DNA of 64,000 bases from an uncultured Acidobacteriota bacterium (GCA_963775725.1 CAVZKA010000002.1:293004-357003), one strand, 5' to 3'. Positions 27,358-36,913 are shown, counted from the stretch's first letter. Numbers and translations: made by a program. The notes: generated by a model from the letters alone, not told the origin.

Positions 27358-27718
27358 TGGTGGAGGCGGCGGGAGTTGAACCCGCGTCCGGAAGCGTAAC
27401 GGGAGAGGCCACTCCATGCTCAGCCTCTTCTTGGTTCTCGCCCTGCCGCCTCGAGAAGAGGCAAAACGGCGGCAGGGCAACCCCGAATTGATTTCGCGGC
27501 TCCGTCCGGGGGACCGGAGCCGCTACACCCGCATTTCGCGACGTCGGACGCGGCGCGGCGGGTGCGCTACGCGTCAAACGAGGCTACTTAATTAAGCAGC
27601 CAGAGCGAAGTTGCTGTTGTTCGCAGCTACTATTTTTCACCCTGCTTTAACGAGGAGGGGTGAGACCTCGGCATGCAACCTCTCGCGCCATCGTCCCCGT
27701 CGAAGCCGTTTCGCCCCC
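27358..27718 (-). ncRNA. ssrA: tmRNA (ssrA)
   Basis: Reverse complement begins GGGGGCGAAACGGCTTCGACGGGGA and ends …CCGGACGCGGGTTCAACTCCCGCCGCCTCCACCA (tRNA-Ala-like acceptor/T-arm, encoded CCA). Internal tag ORF GCG AAC AAC AGC AAC TTC GCT CTG GCT GCT TAA TTAA encodes the canonical ANNSNFALAA proteolysis tag. Confidence 0.85.
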
Positions 27719-27820
27719 ACTGTGTGAGTCGCGCGAGACTCAAAGATCGACTGGCAATCTTACCATCGGCTCGCGCGGCGCTTGACACGGGTGGCCCGGG
27801 CAGCATGGAATGCCCGCGGG

Positions 27821-28216
27821 ATGGCCAAAAACGATCTGATCGTCGTCGTGACGTCCGTCGGCACGGAAGAGCAGGCGCTCGACGTGGCGCACGCGCTCGT
27901 GCGCAGCCGCCGCGCCGGGTGCGTGAACATCGTCCCGAACGTGCACTCGGTCTACCGCTGGAAGGGCCGGGTCTGCGACGACGGCGAGATGCTGCTCATC
28001 ATCAAGACGGTCGCCTCGCAGTTCGAGGCCGTGCGCGAGACGATCCACAAGGTCAACACGTACGAGCTTCCCGAGGTCCTCGGTTATCGCGTGGACATGG
28101 CGTCGCCGGGATTTCTCGCGTGGATCGAGAAGATGACCGCATCGCGTAAGCGAAAGGCGGCCGCGGTGAAGGCGAAGAAGTCCGTCCCCAGAAAGACCGC
28201 GCGCAAGAAGCGGTAG
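27821..28216 (+). CDS. cutA: Divalent-cation tolerance protein CutA with unusual Lys/Arg-rich C-terminal tail
   Basis: MAKNDLIVVVTSVGTEEQALDVAHALVRSRRAGCVNIVPNVHSVYRWKGRVCDDGEMLLIIKTVASQFEAVRETIHKVNTYELPEV aligns with CutA1. It has an extra tail SRKRKAAAVKAKKSVPRKTARKKR. Confidence 0.75.
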   Translation: MAKNDLIVVVTSVGTEEQALDVAHALVRSRRAGCVNIVPNVHSVYRWKGRVCDDGEMLLIIKTVASQFEAVRETIHKVNTYELPEVLGYRVDMASPGFLAWIEKMTASRKRKAAAVKAKKSVPRKTARKKR

Positions 28217-28281
28217 CGGGGACCTTCACGGCTTCCGCCTCCCTCACCTTCGCGTCCCTGTTTCTCGGTCTCGTCGTCGGT

Positions 28282-29523
28282 GTGCGCCCGGTCCGCGTGA
28301 TGACGACGGGCCCCGTCGCCGAAGTCGCCTATGTGCTGGATGGCCGGGAAGTCGCGCGCGCCTCCGAGGCCCCGTGGGCCGGCAGCGTCGACTTCGGGGC
28401 CGAGTACTCGCCGCACGAGCTCGTCGCGCGGGCGCTCGACGGGAGCGGCGCGGAGATTGCCCGGGAGCGGCAGTGGATCAACCTGCCGCGTCCGCCGGCG
28501 GAGGTCGAGATCCTCATCGAGAAGGACAAGGCGGGCCGCTCGGTCGGCGCCCGGCTGACGTGGGCGAGCCGGATGGGCCCGCATCCCGACCGCGTGTCGC
28601 TGACCTTCGACGGGCGCGAACTGCCGCTCGACGTCGGCCATTACGCGAAGCTGCCACTCTTCGACGGGTCGACGGCCCACGTGCTCACGGCTCAAGTCTC
28701 GTTCTCGGAAGAGGTCGAGGGCCGCGCCGACCTGGTCCTCGGCGGCGGCTCGTCGGACGCGGCCCGGAGCGAGCTGACCGCCGTTCCGATCCGTTCGCCC
28801 GGGAAGAATCCTCCGACCGTCGAGAGCCTGCACGGACGGCTCGTGCGGGACGGCGTTCCGCTGCGGGTCACCGGGGTCGAGCGGGGCCCGGCCACACTGG
28901 TGGTCGTGCGCAACCTCATGTCGCACGCGCTCGTGTGGCGGCTGAGAACGCTCATGCGCGGCCCGTTCGGCGGCGATCCGACGAAGATCGAGAAAGAGGA
29001 TCGGCTGCAGGTCCAGTGGCCGGTCCTCCGCGAAATCCCGGATGTCGAGGGCGCGAACCTGCTCTTCGAGGCGTCGCGGATGTACCCGGGCTCCCGGATG
29101 AGCATCGGATCCATGCTCACGGAAGTCGGATATCCGGGCCCCAATTCCCAGCCGCGCCGTTTCGCGGACGCGGTGGCGGTCGCGGGGCTGCAGGCCGCCC
29201 GGTACTACTCACCGCGCGCGGTCCTGCTCGTGCTCGGGCCCTCCGACCGGGACGCGAGCCGCCACGACCCGGCGTCGGTCCGGCGCTACCTGGATCGCCT
29301 GCACGTCCCGCTCTACGTCTGGTCCGTCACGCAGGGAGGACCGGGACCCGCGGCGGCGTGGGGAACGTTCACGGACGTCGCGAAGGCGGCCTCGTTCCGG
29401 GCCGCGTCCGAGCGCATCCACGAGGACCTGCAGAGCCAGTCGATCGTCTGGGTCGAGGGACGCTACCTCCCGCAGGAGATCTCGCTGGTGGACCGGGGGG
29501 ACGGGCTCTCGATCGCGCGCTGA
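28282..29523 (+). CDS. Hypothetical protein (413 aa), no family recognised
   Basis: Long ORF with ordinary composition, a GTG start, and a hydrophobic in-frame stretch just upstream with no start codon. No motif recognised. Confidence 0.5.
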   Translation: MRPVRVMTTGPVAEVAYVLDGREVARASEAPWAGSVDFGAEYSPHELVARALDGSGAEIARERQWINLPRPPAEVEILIEKDKAGRSVGARLTWASRMGPHPDRVSLTFDGRELPLDVGHYAKLPLFDGSTAHVLTAQVSFSEEVEGRADLVLGGGSSDAARSELTAVPIRSPGKNPPTVESLHGRLVRDGVPLRVTGVERGPATLVVVRNLMSHALVWRLRTLMRGPFGGDPTKIEKEDRLQVQWPVLREIPDVEGANLLFEASRMYPGSRMSIGSMLTEVGYPGPNSQPRRFADAVAVAGLQAARYYSPRAVLLVLGPSDRDASRHDPASVRRYLDRLHVPLYVWSVTQGGPGPAAAWGTFTDVAKAASFRAASERIHEDLQSQSIVWVEGRYLPQEISLVDRGDGLSIAR

Positions 29524-29532
29524 GGACGCCCT

Positions 29533-30675
29533 CTACCGCACCGCCGTCAGCGCCTGGTCGAGGTCCGCGAGGATGTCCTCGAGGTCCTCGATGCCGACCG
29601 AGATCCGCACGAGGCCCGGCGTGACGCCGAGGCGGTTGCGCTCCTCCTCCGGGATCGAGGCGTGGGTCATCGTCGCGGGGTGGGAGATGAGCGTCTCGAC
29701 GCCGCCGAGGCTCTCGCCGAGCGAACAGAGGCGCACCTTGCCGAGGAAGTCCCCCGCGTTCTCGAAGGAGCCGAGCTCGAACGAGATGAGCGCGCCAAAC
29801 CCCGACATCTGCTTCTTCGCGAGCGCGAACTGCGGATGCGACGCGAGCCCGGGGTAGTTGACCTTCTTGACCTTCGGGTGCTTCTCCAGGTGCTCGGCGA
29901 CGGCGCGGCCGTTCACCTCGTGGCGCTCCATACGCACGGAGAGCGTCTTGATCCCGCGCAGCACGAGCCAGGAGTCCATGGGCGAGAGGATCGCGCCCGA
30001 GCTGTTCTGCACGAACGAGAGCCACTCGACGTGCTCCTTCGACTTCGCGATCGCGGCGCCCCCGACGGTGTCGGAGTGACCGCCGAGAAACTTCGTCGTC
30101 GAGTGCATGACGATGTCGGCCCCGAGCGCGAGCGGCTTCTGCAGGTAGGGCGAGGCGAAGGTGTTGTCCACGACGACGACGGCGCCGTTCCTGTGCGCGA
30201 GCTCCGAGAGCGCCGCGATGTCGCAGAGCTGCATGGTCGGGTTGGTCGGGGATTCCAGGTGCAGCATCTTCGTCTCGGGCCGGATCGCACGCTCGACGTC
30301 GGCCGGCGACGCCGTGTCGACGAACGAGAACGTGACTCCGTAGTTCGCGAGGATTTTCGTGTAGTAGCGGTACGTCCCGCCGTAAGTCATGTTGGAGCAG
30401 ACGACGTGGTCGCCCGCCTTCACGAGCGTCGAGATCGCCGTGATCGCGGCCATGCCGGAGGCGAACGCGCGGGCGCCGGCGCCGCCCTCGAGCACCGCGA
30501 GGTTTTCTTCGAGCGCCGAACGGGTCGGATTCTGGGTGCGGCCGTACTCGTAGCCCTTGTGCTTGCCGAGCCCCTCCTGGACGTACGTCGAGGTCTGGTA
30601 GATGGGCACCGTGACCGAGCCGGTCGTGGGATCGGGCGCGTTGCCCGCGTGGATGCAGTCGGTGGAAAAACCCAT
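29533..30675 (-). CDS. Cystathionine gamma-lyase/gamma-synthase family PLP enzyme (MccB/MetB-like)
   Basis: Cys/Met-metabolism PLP-dependent fold with the PLP-lysine region STTKFLGGHSDTVGG. Directly downstream of a CysK/CBS-like gene. Confidence 0.8.
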   Translation of the reverse strand: MGFSTDCIHAGNAPDPTTGSVTVPIYQTSTYVQEGLGKHKGYEYGRTQNPTRSALEENLAVLEGGAGARAFASGMAAITAISTLVKAGDHVVCSNMTYGGTYRYYTKILANYGVTFSFVDTASPADVERAIRPETKMLHLESPTNPTMQLCDIAALSELAHRNGAVVVVDNTFASPYLQKPLALGADIVMHSTTKFLGGHSDTVGGAAIAKSKEHVEWLSFVQNSSGAILSPMDSWLVLRGIKTLSVRMERHEVNGRAVAEHLEKHPKVKKVNYPGLASHPQFALAKKQMSGFGALISFELGSFENAGDFLGKVRLCSLGESLGGVETLISHPATMTHASIPEEERNRLGVTPGLVRISVGIEDLEDILADLDQALTAVR

Positions 30676-30679
30676 GGCC

Positions 30680-31654
30680 TCATCCTTTCGGCCGCGAGGC
30701 GGCGAAGATGCCCTGGTCGGGATAACGCTCGGCCCCGTCCGGCAGGAGCGTGACGACGGTCTTTCCGGGCCCCAGGCGCTCGGCGATGCGCAGGGCGCCG
30801 GCCGCGGCGGCGCCGGAAGAGCCTCCGACGAGCAGACCCTCCTCGCGGGCGAGGGCGCGGCACGTATCGAAGGCTTCCTTGTCGCGGATCTCGAGGACCT
30901 CGTCCATGAGCGAGCGATCGAAGATGGGCCAGATTTTCGACAGGCCGATGCCCTCGACGTCGTGCGGCCCGGGCGCGCCGCCGCCCAGGATCGAGCCCTG
31001 CGGCTCGACGGCCACGCGCAGGAGGCCGGGGTTCTGTTCCGAGAGGTATCGCGCGACGCCCATGTACGTCCCGGTCGTTCCCACGCCGGCGACCCATGCG
31101 TCGATCGGACCGCCGATCTGCGCGGCGATTTCGGGTCCGGTCGTCTCGTAGTGTGTCTGCGGGTTGACGGGGTTGTAGAACTGGTTGGGGGGGTAGGCGC
31201 CGGGAGTTTCGCGCACGATCTGGCTGGCTCGCTCGATCGCTCCGATCATCATCGCGTCCGACGGCGTGCGGATGACCTCGGCGCCGAGCCCGCGCATCAG
31301 CCGGGCCTTCATGTCGCCGTAGCCTTCGGGCATGACGATCACGCAGCGGTAGCGCTTCGCGGCGGCGACCATCGCGAGGGCGACTCCCGTGTTGCCCGAG
31401 GTCGCCTCGACGATCGTGCCGCCGGGCGCGAGCAGCCCGCGCTTCTCGGCGTCCTCGACCATCGCCCTCGCGATGCGGTCCTTGACGCTGCCGCCCGGGT
31501 TGAACCACTCGAGCTTGGCCAAGATCCGGGCGGCGCCGCGCGAGAAGTGGGGCAGCTCGACGAGCGGAGTGTTTCCGATCGCGGCGAGGACACTGCCGGC
31601 CGTTGGAGCGGTGGCGGGAACGGGCTTCGTCGACAAGGGTTGTGACGATAACAA
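30680..31654 (-). CDS. Cysteine synthase / cystathionine beta-synthase-like PLP enzyme (CysK/MccA family)
   Basis: IGNTPLVEL…LEWFNPGGSVKDRIA…TSGNTGVALAMVAA… are classical CysK/CBS motifs. The start is probably downstream of the annotated first codon, because a terminator hairpin lies at 31661-31681. Confidence 0.8.
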   Translation of the reverse strand: MLSSQPLSTKPVPATAPTAGSVLAAIGNTPLVELPHFSRGAARILAKLEWFNPGGSVKDRIARAMVEDAEKRGLLAPGGTIVEATSGNTGVALAMVAAAKRYRCVIVMPEGYGDMKARLMRGLGAEVIRTPSDAMMIGAIERASQIVRETPGAYPPNQFYNPVNPQTHYETTGPEIAAQIGGPIDAWVAGVGTTGTYMGVARYLSEQNPGLLRVAVEPQGSILGGGAPGPHDVEGIGLSKIWPIFDRSLMDEVLEIRDKEAFDTCRALAREEGLLVGGSSGAAAAGALRIAERLGPGKTVVTLLPDGAERYPDQGIFAASRPKG

Positions 31655-31681
31655 AAAAAGCCCCGGCGTGACGCCGGGGCT
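31654..31681 (-). terminator. Rho-independent terminator after the zinc-ribbon gene
   Basis: On the minus strand a GC hairpin (agccccggcg tca cgccggggct) is followed by a 7-T run. Coordinates are approximate (±1). Confidence 0.5.
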
Positions 31682-31700
31682 CGTGGAATCGAAGAGTGGC

Positions 31701-32000
31701 CTAGTAGGACTGCTGAGCGCGGCGCGCCGAGTAGCACTCGCGGCAGTAGACCGGCTTGCCGTTGGTCGGGTTGAACGGGACCTGGGTCTGCTTGCCGCAG
31801 CCGTCGCAGGTCACGTCATAGAAGGTGCGCTCGCGGCCCTCACCCGAGGACGTCTTGCGTTTGTCGCGGCAGGGCTTGCAGCGCTTGGGCTCGTTGGTGA
31901 AGCCCTTGCGCGCGTAGAACTCCTGATCGTCGGCCGAGAAAAGGAACGTGCCGCCGCAGTCGACGCAATTGAGGTTCTTGTCCGTGTATTGCTGCATCAT
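31701..32000 (-). CDS. Tandem CxxC…CxxC zinc-ribbon domain protein
   Basis: Two repeats of C-x2-C-G-x-F…FY…KG…P-x-R-C-x2-C (CVDCGGTFLFSADDQEFYARKGF…KRCKPCR; CDGCGKQTQVPF…KPVYCRECY). SD AGGAGATC upstream. Confidence 0.6.
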   Translation of the reverse strand: MMQQYTDKNLNCVDCGGTFLFSADDQEFYARKGFTNEPKRCKPCRDKRKTSSGEGRERTFYDVTCDGCGKQTQVPFNPTNGKPVYCRECYSARRAQQSY

Positions 32001-32431
32001 GGAATTATTCAGATCTCCTGGGTTTCATCCCTGGACCGCACCGGCGGAGTCCGCCGGCCGGCGAAAAAAAATGGTGAATCGATTACACACTGTTGAAACT
32101 CCGGCGCCCGTGCGCCGGGGAAGAGGTGTTTCCCTAGGACCGACCCCCTTTCGAACGCACGCACGTCTGCCCGCAAAGGCGCACGGATGGGGGATGGAAA
32201 AACATAAAGGTGGCGATTTGGGATGTGCGGGGTTTTCGTAAAAGCTGGCGAAAAGTAGCATGCGCGTTGTAAGGGTTGCAAGGGGGAGGCGCCGGGAGGC
32301 CCGAATTCGCCCCCCTCACCCTGGCCCTCTCCCCCCTCCGGGTGGAGAGGGAACCCAGGGTCTCCCTCTCCCGGCGGGAGAGGGACGGGGGTGAGGGGGC
32401 CCCGCGTAACCCTTTCGATGGAGTAGCTTAG

Positions 32432-33250
32432 CTAGCTCCCGATCACACCCTGGACCGGCGACGACGCCGTGGCGTAGCGCTTCCTCGGGATGCGCCCCGC
32501 CAGGTAGGCGTCCCGCCCCGCCCGCACGGCGTCCCGCATGGCGCGGGCCATCCGGACCGGGTCGGCGGCGCCGGCGATACCCGTGTTCATCAGAACGCCG
32601 GCCGCCCCGAGCTCCATCGCGACGCAGGCGTCCGAGGCCGTTCCCACGCCGGCATCCACGATGACCGGGACCTTCGCGCGCTCGAGGATGATCGCGATCG
32701 AGTTCGGATTCTGGATTCCGAGCCCCGAGCCGATCGGCGCGCCGAGCGGCATGACCGCGGCGGCGCCGGCGTCCTCGAGCCTGCGGCAGACGATCGGATC
32801 GTCCGACGTGTACGGGAAGACGACGAAGCCTTCCTTGACGAGCGTGCGCGTCGCGGAGAGCAGCGCCTCGTTGTCGGGCCACAGCGTCTGCTCGTCGCCG
32901 AGCACTTCGAGCTTGACCCAGTTGGAGAGACCGACCTCGCGCCCGAGGCGCGCCGCGCGGATCGCGTCCTCCGCGTTGTAACAGCCGGCGGTGTTCGGCA
33001 GGAGCGTCATGCCGCCGGGGATGTAGTCGAGCAGAGATTCCTTCGAGCGATCGGTCAGGTTCACGCGCCGCACGGCCACCGTCACGATCTCGGCCTCCGA
33101 TTCCTCGAGGGCCGCCTTCATGAGCGGAAAGCTCGCGTACTTGCCGGTGCCGACGATCAGGCGCGAGCGGAAGGGCCTGCCGCCGAAAACGAACGGATCG
33201 GACGCTTCGGCAGGCGCGGCGGGGGGCTCGAGGGTCGTGGGGTTGACCAT
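32432..33250 (-). CDS. thiG: Thiazole synthase ThiG
   Basis: LIVGTGKY…VAVRRVNL…LLPNTAGCY…VKLEVLGD…[13 protein letters not shown]…[16 protein letters not shown] is a near-canonical ThiG sequence. Confidence 0.85.
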   Translation of the reverse strand: MVNPTTLEPPAAPAEASDPFVFGGRPFRSRLIVGTGKYASFPLMKAALEESEAEIVTVAVRRVNLTDRSKESLLDYIPGGMTLLPNTAGCYNAEDAIRAARLGREVGLSNWVKLEVLGDEQTLWPDNEALLSATRTLVKEGFVVFPYTSDDPIVCRRLEDAGAAAVMPLGAPIGSGLGIQNPNSIAIILERAKVPVIVDAGVGTASDACVAMELGAAGVLMNTGIAGAADPVRMARAMRDAVRAGRDAYLAGRIPRKRYATASSPVQGVIGS

Positions 33251-33260
33251 GGGCGAAATC

Positions 33261-34115
33261 CTATTCCTTTGGCGTATCGATGAGGAGAACGTTGTCGATC
33301 AGCCGCGTCCTCCCGATCCGCACGGCGGCGGCGAGCGCGACGCCGGGGATGACGCGGCTGGCGATCCGCATCGTGTCGGCGTGCACCGCCTCCACGTACT
33401 CGACCTGGATTCCGGAGGCCTCGAGCTGTTTGCGCGCGTCCTCCTCGATGCGCCGCGGGTCGGTGGCCCCGTGGGCGGCGCGGCCCCGCGCGGCGAGCAG
33501 CGTGCGCGAGAGGTCGGCCGCGCGCAGGCGCTCTTCGGCCGAGAGATACGCGTTGCGCGAGGAGAGGGCGAGGCCGTCGGCCGCGCGCACGGTCTCGCCG
33601 ACGACGAGGCGGACGGGCAGGTCGAGGTCGCGGACCATGCGCCGGATGACGGCGACCTGCTGCAGGTCCTTACGCCCGAAGATCGCGACGTCGGGCAGCA
33701 CGCGCAGGAAGAGCTTGGCGACGACGGTCGCGACTCCGCGAAAGTGGCCGGGACGCCGCGCGCCCTCGCCGCCCTCGGAGACGCCCCCGACCTCGATGGC
33801 CGTGGAGAAATCGGGCGGGTAGAAGGCGGCGGGGTCGGGAAGATAGAGGATGTCCGCGCCTTCTTTCTCGAGCAGCCGCGCATCGTCCTCCTCGCGCCGC
33901 GGGTAGCGCGCGAAGTCCTCGCCCGGCGCAAACTGCATCGGGTTGACGAAAATCGAGACGACCGTCAGCCCACCCTCGCGCCGGGCCAGGCGCACGAGCG
34001 AGAGATGGCCCTCGTGCAGCGCCCCCATCGTCGGGACGAACGCGACCGGCCGCGCGGCCATGCGCGAGTGGGCGACGGCCTCGCGCAGCGGCGCGAGCGT
34101 GCGGACGGTCCTCAA
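33261..34115 (-). CDS. panC: Pantoate--beta-alanine ligase PanC
   Basis: TTG start overlaps the panB stop (TTGA); …[18 protein letters not shown]…IFVNPMQF… The longer upstream ORF extension is Arg-rich junk. Confidence 0.85.
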   Translation of the reverse strand: MRTVRTLAPLREAVAHSRMAARPVAFVPTMGALHEGHLSLVRLARREGGLTVVSIFVNPMQFAPGEDFARYPRREEDDARLLEKEGADILYLPDPAAFYPPDFSTAIEVGGVSEGGEGARRPGHFRGVATVVAKLFLRVLPDVAIFGRKDLQQVAVIRRMVRDLDLPVRLVVGETVRAADGLALSSRNAYLSAEERLRAADLSRTLLAARGRAAHGATDPRRIEEDARKQLEASGIQVEYVEAVHADTMRIASRVIPGVALAAAVRIGRTRLIDNVLLIDTPKE

Positions 34116-34960
34116 TGCACGCGGCGCAGCGTCGGCTTCACGCCGGTGAACGATTCTTCCCTGGACGGGAACGCGCCGCTCTTGACGTCCTGTGTGAAGG
34201 CGCGCGCGGCGCCCTCGATGACGGAGGCGAGGTCGGCGTAGCGGCGGACGAACTTCGGCCGCAGGTCGCGCGTCAGGCCCACGACGTCGTGGAAGACGAG
34301 CACCTGGCCGTCGCAGCCCGCGCCGGCGCCGATGCCGAGCGTCGGGATCGCGATCTCGCGCGTGATCTCGACGGCGAGCGAGTCCGGAACGCACTCGAGC
34401 ACGATGGCGAAGCAGCCGGCCTGCGCCAGCGCCTGCGCGTCGTCGCGGATCTGGCGCGCCGAGTCGGCCTCGCGGCCCTGGACCTTGAAGCCGCCGAACT
34501 TGCGGTAGGACTGCGGGGTCAGTCCCACGTGGCCCATGACCGGGATGTCGGCCGCGAGGATCGCCTCGACCGCCGGCAGAATGCGCCGGCCGCCCTCGAG
34601 TTTGACCGCCGCCGCCCCACCCTCGGCGAGGAAGCGCCCGGCGTTCTCGACGGCGCGCGCGGGCTCGGCCTGGTAGGAAAGGAATGGCATGTCGCCGACG
34701 ACGACGGCGCGTTTGGTCGCGCGCGCGACGGCCCGCGTGTGGCGGATCATCGAATCCATCGTCGCGGTCAGCGTGTTCGGCTCGCCATAGATGGCCATCT
34801 CGACCGAGTCGCCGACGAGCAGGACGTCGACGCCGGCCGCGTCGAGCAGCGCCGCCGTCGGCGCGTCGTAGGCCGTCATCATGGCGATGCGCTCACGCCC
34901 CTTGGCCGCCACGATCTGGGGGATGGAGAGAGGATCCTGATCCGGCAGAAGTTCCGACAT
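34112..34960 (-). CDS. panB: 3-methyl-2-oxobutanoate hydroxymethyltransferase PanB
   Basis: MSELLPDQ… with MMTAYDAPTAALLDAAGVDVLLVGDS… and KLEGG motifs. Internal Met chosen as the start. Confidence 0.85.
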   Translation of the reverse strand: MSELLPDQDPLSIPQIVAAKGRERIAMMTAYDAPTAALLDAAGVDVLLVGDSVEMAIYGEPNTLTATMDSMIRHTRAVARATKRAVVVGDMPFLSYQAEPARAVENAGRFLAEGGAAAVKLEGGRRILPAVEAILAADIPVMGHVGLTPQSYRKFGGFKVQGREADSARQIRDDAQALAQAGCFAIVLECVPDSLAVEITREIAIPTLGIGAGAGCDGQVLVFHDVVGLTRDLRPKFVRRYADLASVIEGAARAFTQDVKSGAFPSREESFTGVKPTLRRVH

Positions 34961-35042
34961 CGTTCGCTCCTTTCCTTCCGGTCGACGTCCCGAAGATCGG
35001 GATCGCCGCCGCAAAGGGCGAGTGGCGAATTATACGGCGTTT

Positions 35043-35708
35043 CTACTTCGGAGCGCTGCCCGCCGGGACGTAGTACTGGACGCCCTTTTTCACCTTCTGG
35101 ATCTGGGTGACCAGGTCCTCGAAGTCCGCGGGACGGTTGACGAAGTCGATCTCGTTCGTGTCGACGACGAGCAGCGGCGTCTCGTCGTAGTGGTAGAAGT
35201 AATAGTTGTAGGCCTCGATCAGCTGCGCCAGGTACTCGGGCGTGACGGCCTTCTCGACCGTGCGGGTCTTCTTCTTGATCCGCTTCATGCAGGTCTCGAT
35301 CGAGCCCTGCAGATAGATGACGAGGTCGGGCTTCCTCACCGACTCGGACAGCAGGGTGTACAGCTTGTCGTAGATCAAGAGCTCCGAGTCATCGAGGTTC
35401 AGGCAGGCGAAGATCTTGTCCTTCGGGAAGTGGTAGTCCGCGACGACGAGCGTCGAGAACATGTCGATCTGCGCGATCTCCTGCTGCTGCTGGTAGCGGG
35501 CGAGCAGGAAGAAGAGCTGGGTCTGGAAGGCCGCGCCTTTCTTCTTCTTGTAGAAGTCGGGCAGGAACGGGTTGTCCACGTCCTCGAGGATCTTCGTCCC
35601 GTGGAACCTGCGCGAGAGCATCTCGACGAGCGAGGTCTTGCCCACGCCGATCGGTCCGTCGATCGCGAGGTGCCGGAGCTTGACGTCGCCTTCGGAAGGA
35701 ATCGGCAT
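35043..35708 (-). CDS. Deoxynucleoside kinase (dNK/dCK/dGK family)
   Basis: P-loop IDGPIGVGKTS plus FQTQLFFLLARYQQQ and the ERS/DRH-like region. 221 aa. Confidence 0.75.
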   Translation of the reverse strand: MPIPSEGDVKLRHLAIDGPIGVGKTSLVEMLSRRFHGTKILEDVDNPFLPDFYKKKKGAAFQTQLFFLLARYQQQQEIAQIDMFSTLVVADYHFPKDKIFACLNLDDSELLIYDKLYTLLSESVRKPDLVIYLQGSIETCMKRIKKKTRTVEKAVTPEYLAQLIEAYNYYFYHYDETPLLVVDTNEIDFVNRPADFEDLVTQIQKVKKGVQYYVPAGSAPK

Positions 35709-36028
35709 CGCAGCTGGATTCTAATGCGAGCGCGCCGCCACGTCAGCGCCGGACGGGAGCAAGCGCGCCCGCATCGGGCGATTGCAGCCGGTCGAGCCCG
35801 CGATGCCCCCTTTTTGTCGCGCAGCGCCGGGTGCGCCGGCTGGCCCTGCGGCGGCGCGTGGGCGGGCGCCGTCCCGAGCGCGACGAGCTTCCGATCGAGG
35901 CCCGTCAGCCCCTCGCCCGTCGGCGCCGGCTTGGCTGGCCTGGTCGGCCGCCGGCCTTCTGGACGGGGATCTCGAGCCTCGTCGGAGCGCCGCGCGTGAT
36001 CGAGAGCGCGCACTCAGCGGCGCGCAGG

Positions 36029-36913
36029 TCAAGGCGCGCCTGGTGTCGACAGCACCTGTGCGATGCCGCAGAGGCACAGTGTGACGGACACGAATCCGTT
36101 GGCGGTGAAGAACGCCGCATTGACGCGGGAAAGATCGCCGGCCCGAACGATCGCGTGCTGGTAGACGAGCGCCGCGAGCGTGGCCGCGATGCCGGCCAGG
36201 AAGATCGCCCCGCCGCCCGAAAGCCGCCAGACCGCGACGAGCATGACCACCATCGCGACGTGCAGCAGCGCCGAGATCACGAGCGCCCGCGCCGCTCCGA
36301 GGCGGGCCGGGATCGAGCGCAGTCCCGCGCTCCGGTCGAAGTCCTCGTCCTGCAGCGAGTAGATGACGTCGAATCCGGCCGTCCAGAAGAGGACGGCGAG
36401 GCCGAGAAGGATCGGCAGCAGCTCCACGGAACCGCGCACGGCGATCCAGGCGCCGACGGGTGCGAGCGCGAGGCAGAGCCCCAGGACGAGGTGCGAGAGG
36501 GCCGTAAACCTTTTCGTGTACGCGTAGAGGAGCAGCAGCGCGAGCGCGACCGGGGAGAGCAGGAGCGTCAGCCGGTTCAGGCTCGCCGCTGCCGCAACGA
36601 AGACCGCGACCGCTGCGACGAGGAACATCCGCACGAACCCGACCGACAACGCGCCCGACGGGAGCGCGCGCGACGCCGTGCGGGGGTTCGCCGCGTCGAT
36701 GCGCCGATCGGCCAAGCGATTGTGGGCCATCGCGGCGCTGCGGGCTCCGACCATCGCGAGGAGGATCTTGACGAGCGTCGCCGGCGCCGGCCATCCGCCC
36801 GCGGCGAGGAACGACGCGTAGAGCGCGAAGGGGAGCGCGAAGAGCGTGTGCGAAAACCGGATCATCTCGAGGGTCGTCCGGAGCGACCGGAAGACGCCGG
36901 GCCGCGCGCTCAC
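36029..36913 (-). CDS. ubiA: UbiA-family prenyltransferase (4-hydroxybenzoate polyprenyltransferase-like)
   Basis: GTG start overlaps the ubiX stop (GTGA). 8-9 TMs with Asp-rich motifs (NRLADRRIDAAN…; YSLQDEDFD). Confidence 0.75.
   Translation of the reverse strand: MSARPGVFRSLRTTLEMIRFSHTLFALPFALYASFLAAGGWPAPATLVKILLAMVGARSAAMAHNRLADRRIDAANPRTASRALPSGALSVGFVRMFLVAAVAVFVAAAASLNRLTLLLSPVALALLLLYAYTKRFTALSHLVLGLCLALAPVGAWIAVRGSVELLPILLGLAVLFWTAGFDVIYSLQDEDFDRSAGLRSIPARLGAARALVISALLHVAMVVMLVAVWRLSGGGAIFLAGIAATLAALVYQHAIVRAGDLSRVNAAFFTANGFVSVTLCLCGIAQVLSTPGAP

Noticed and set aside
26434-27480. Searched the ssrA-proximal 1 kb on both strands for an integrase or recombinase remnant.
   Set aside because: No frame gives tyrosine-recombinase (R…HxxR…Y) or serine-recombinase motifs. 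Only the AraC HTH remnant and the thioredoxin copy are recognisable.
27782-27820. Longer N-terminal extension of cutA (MTRVARAAWNARG…).
   Set aside because: CutA alignment begins at MAKNDLIVVV. The extension would overlap the ssrA promoter region.
29533-31654. Checked the transsulfuration genes and the thioredoxin CxxC for in-frame TGA (selenocysteine) because selB is nearby.
   Set aside because: The redox motifs are Cys-encoded (CSRC) and no conserved in-frame TGA was seen.
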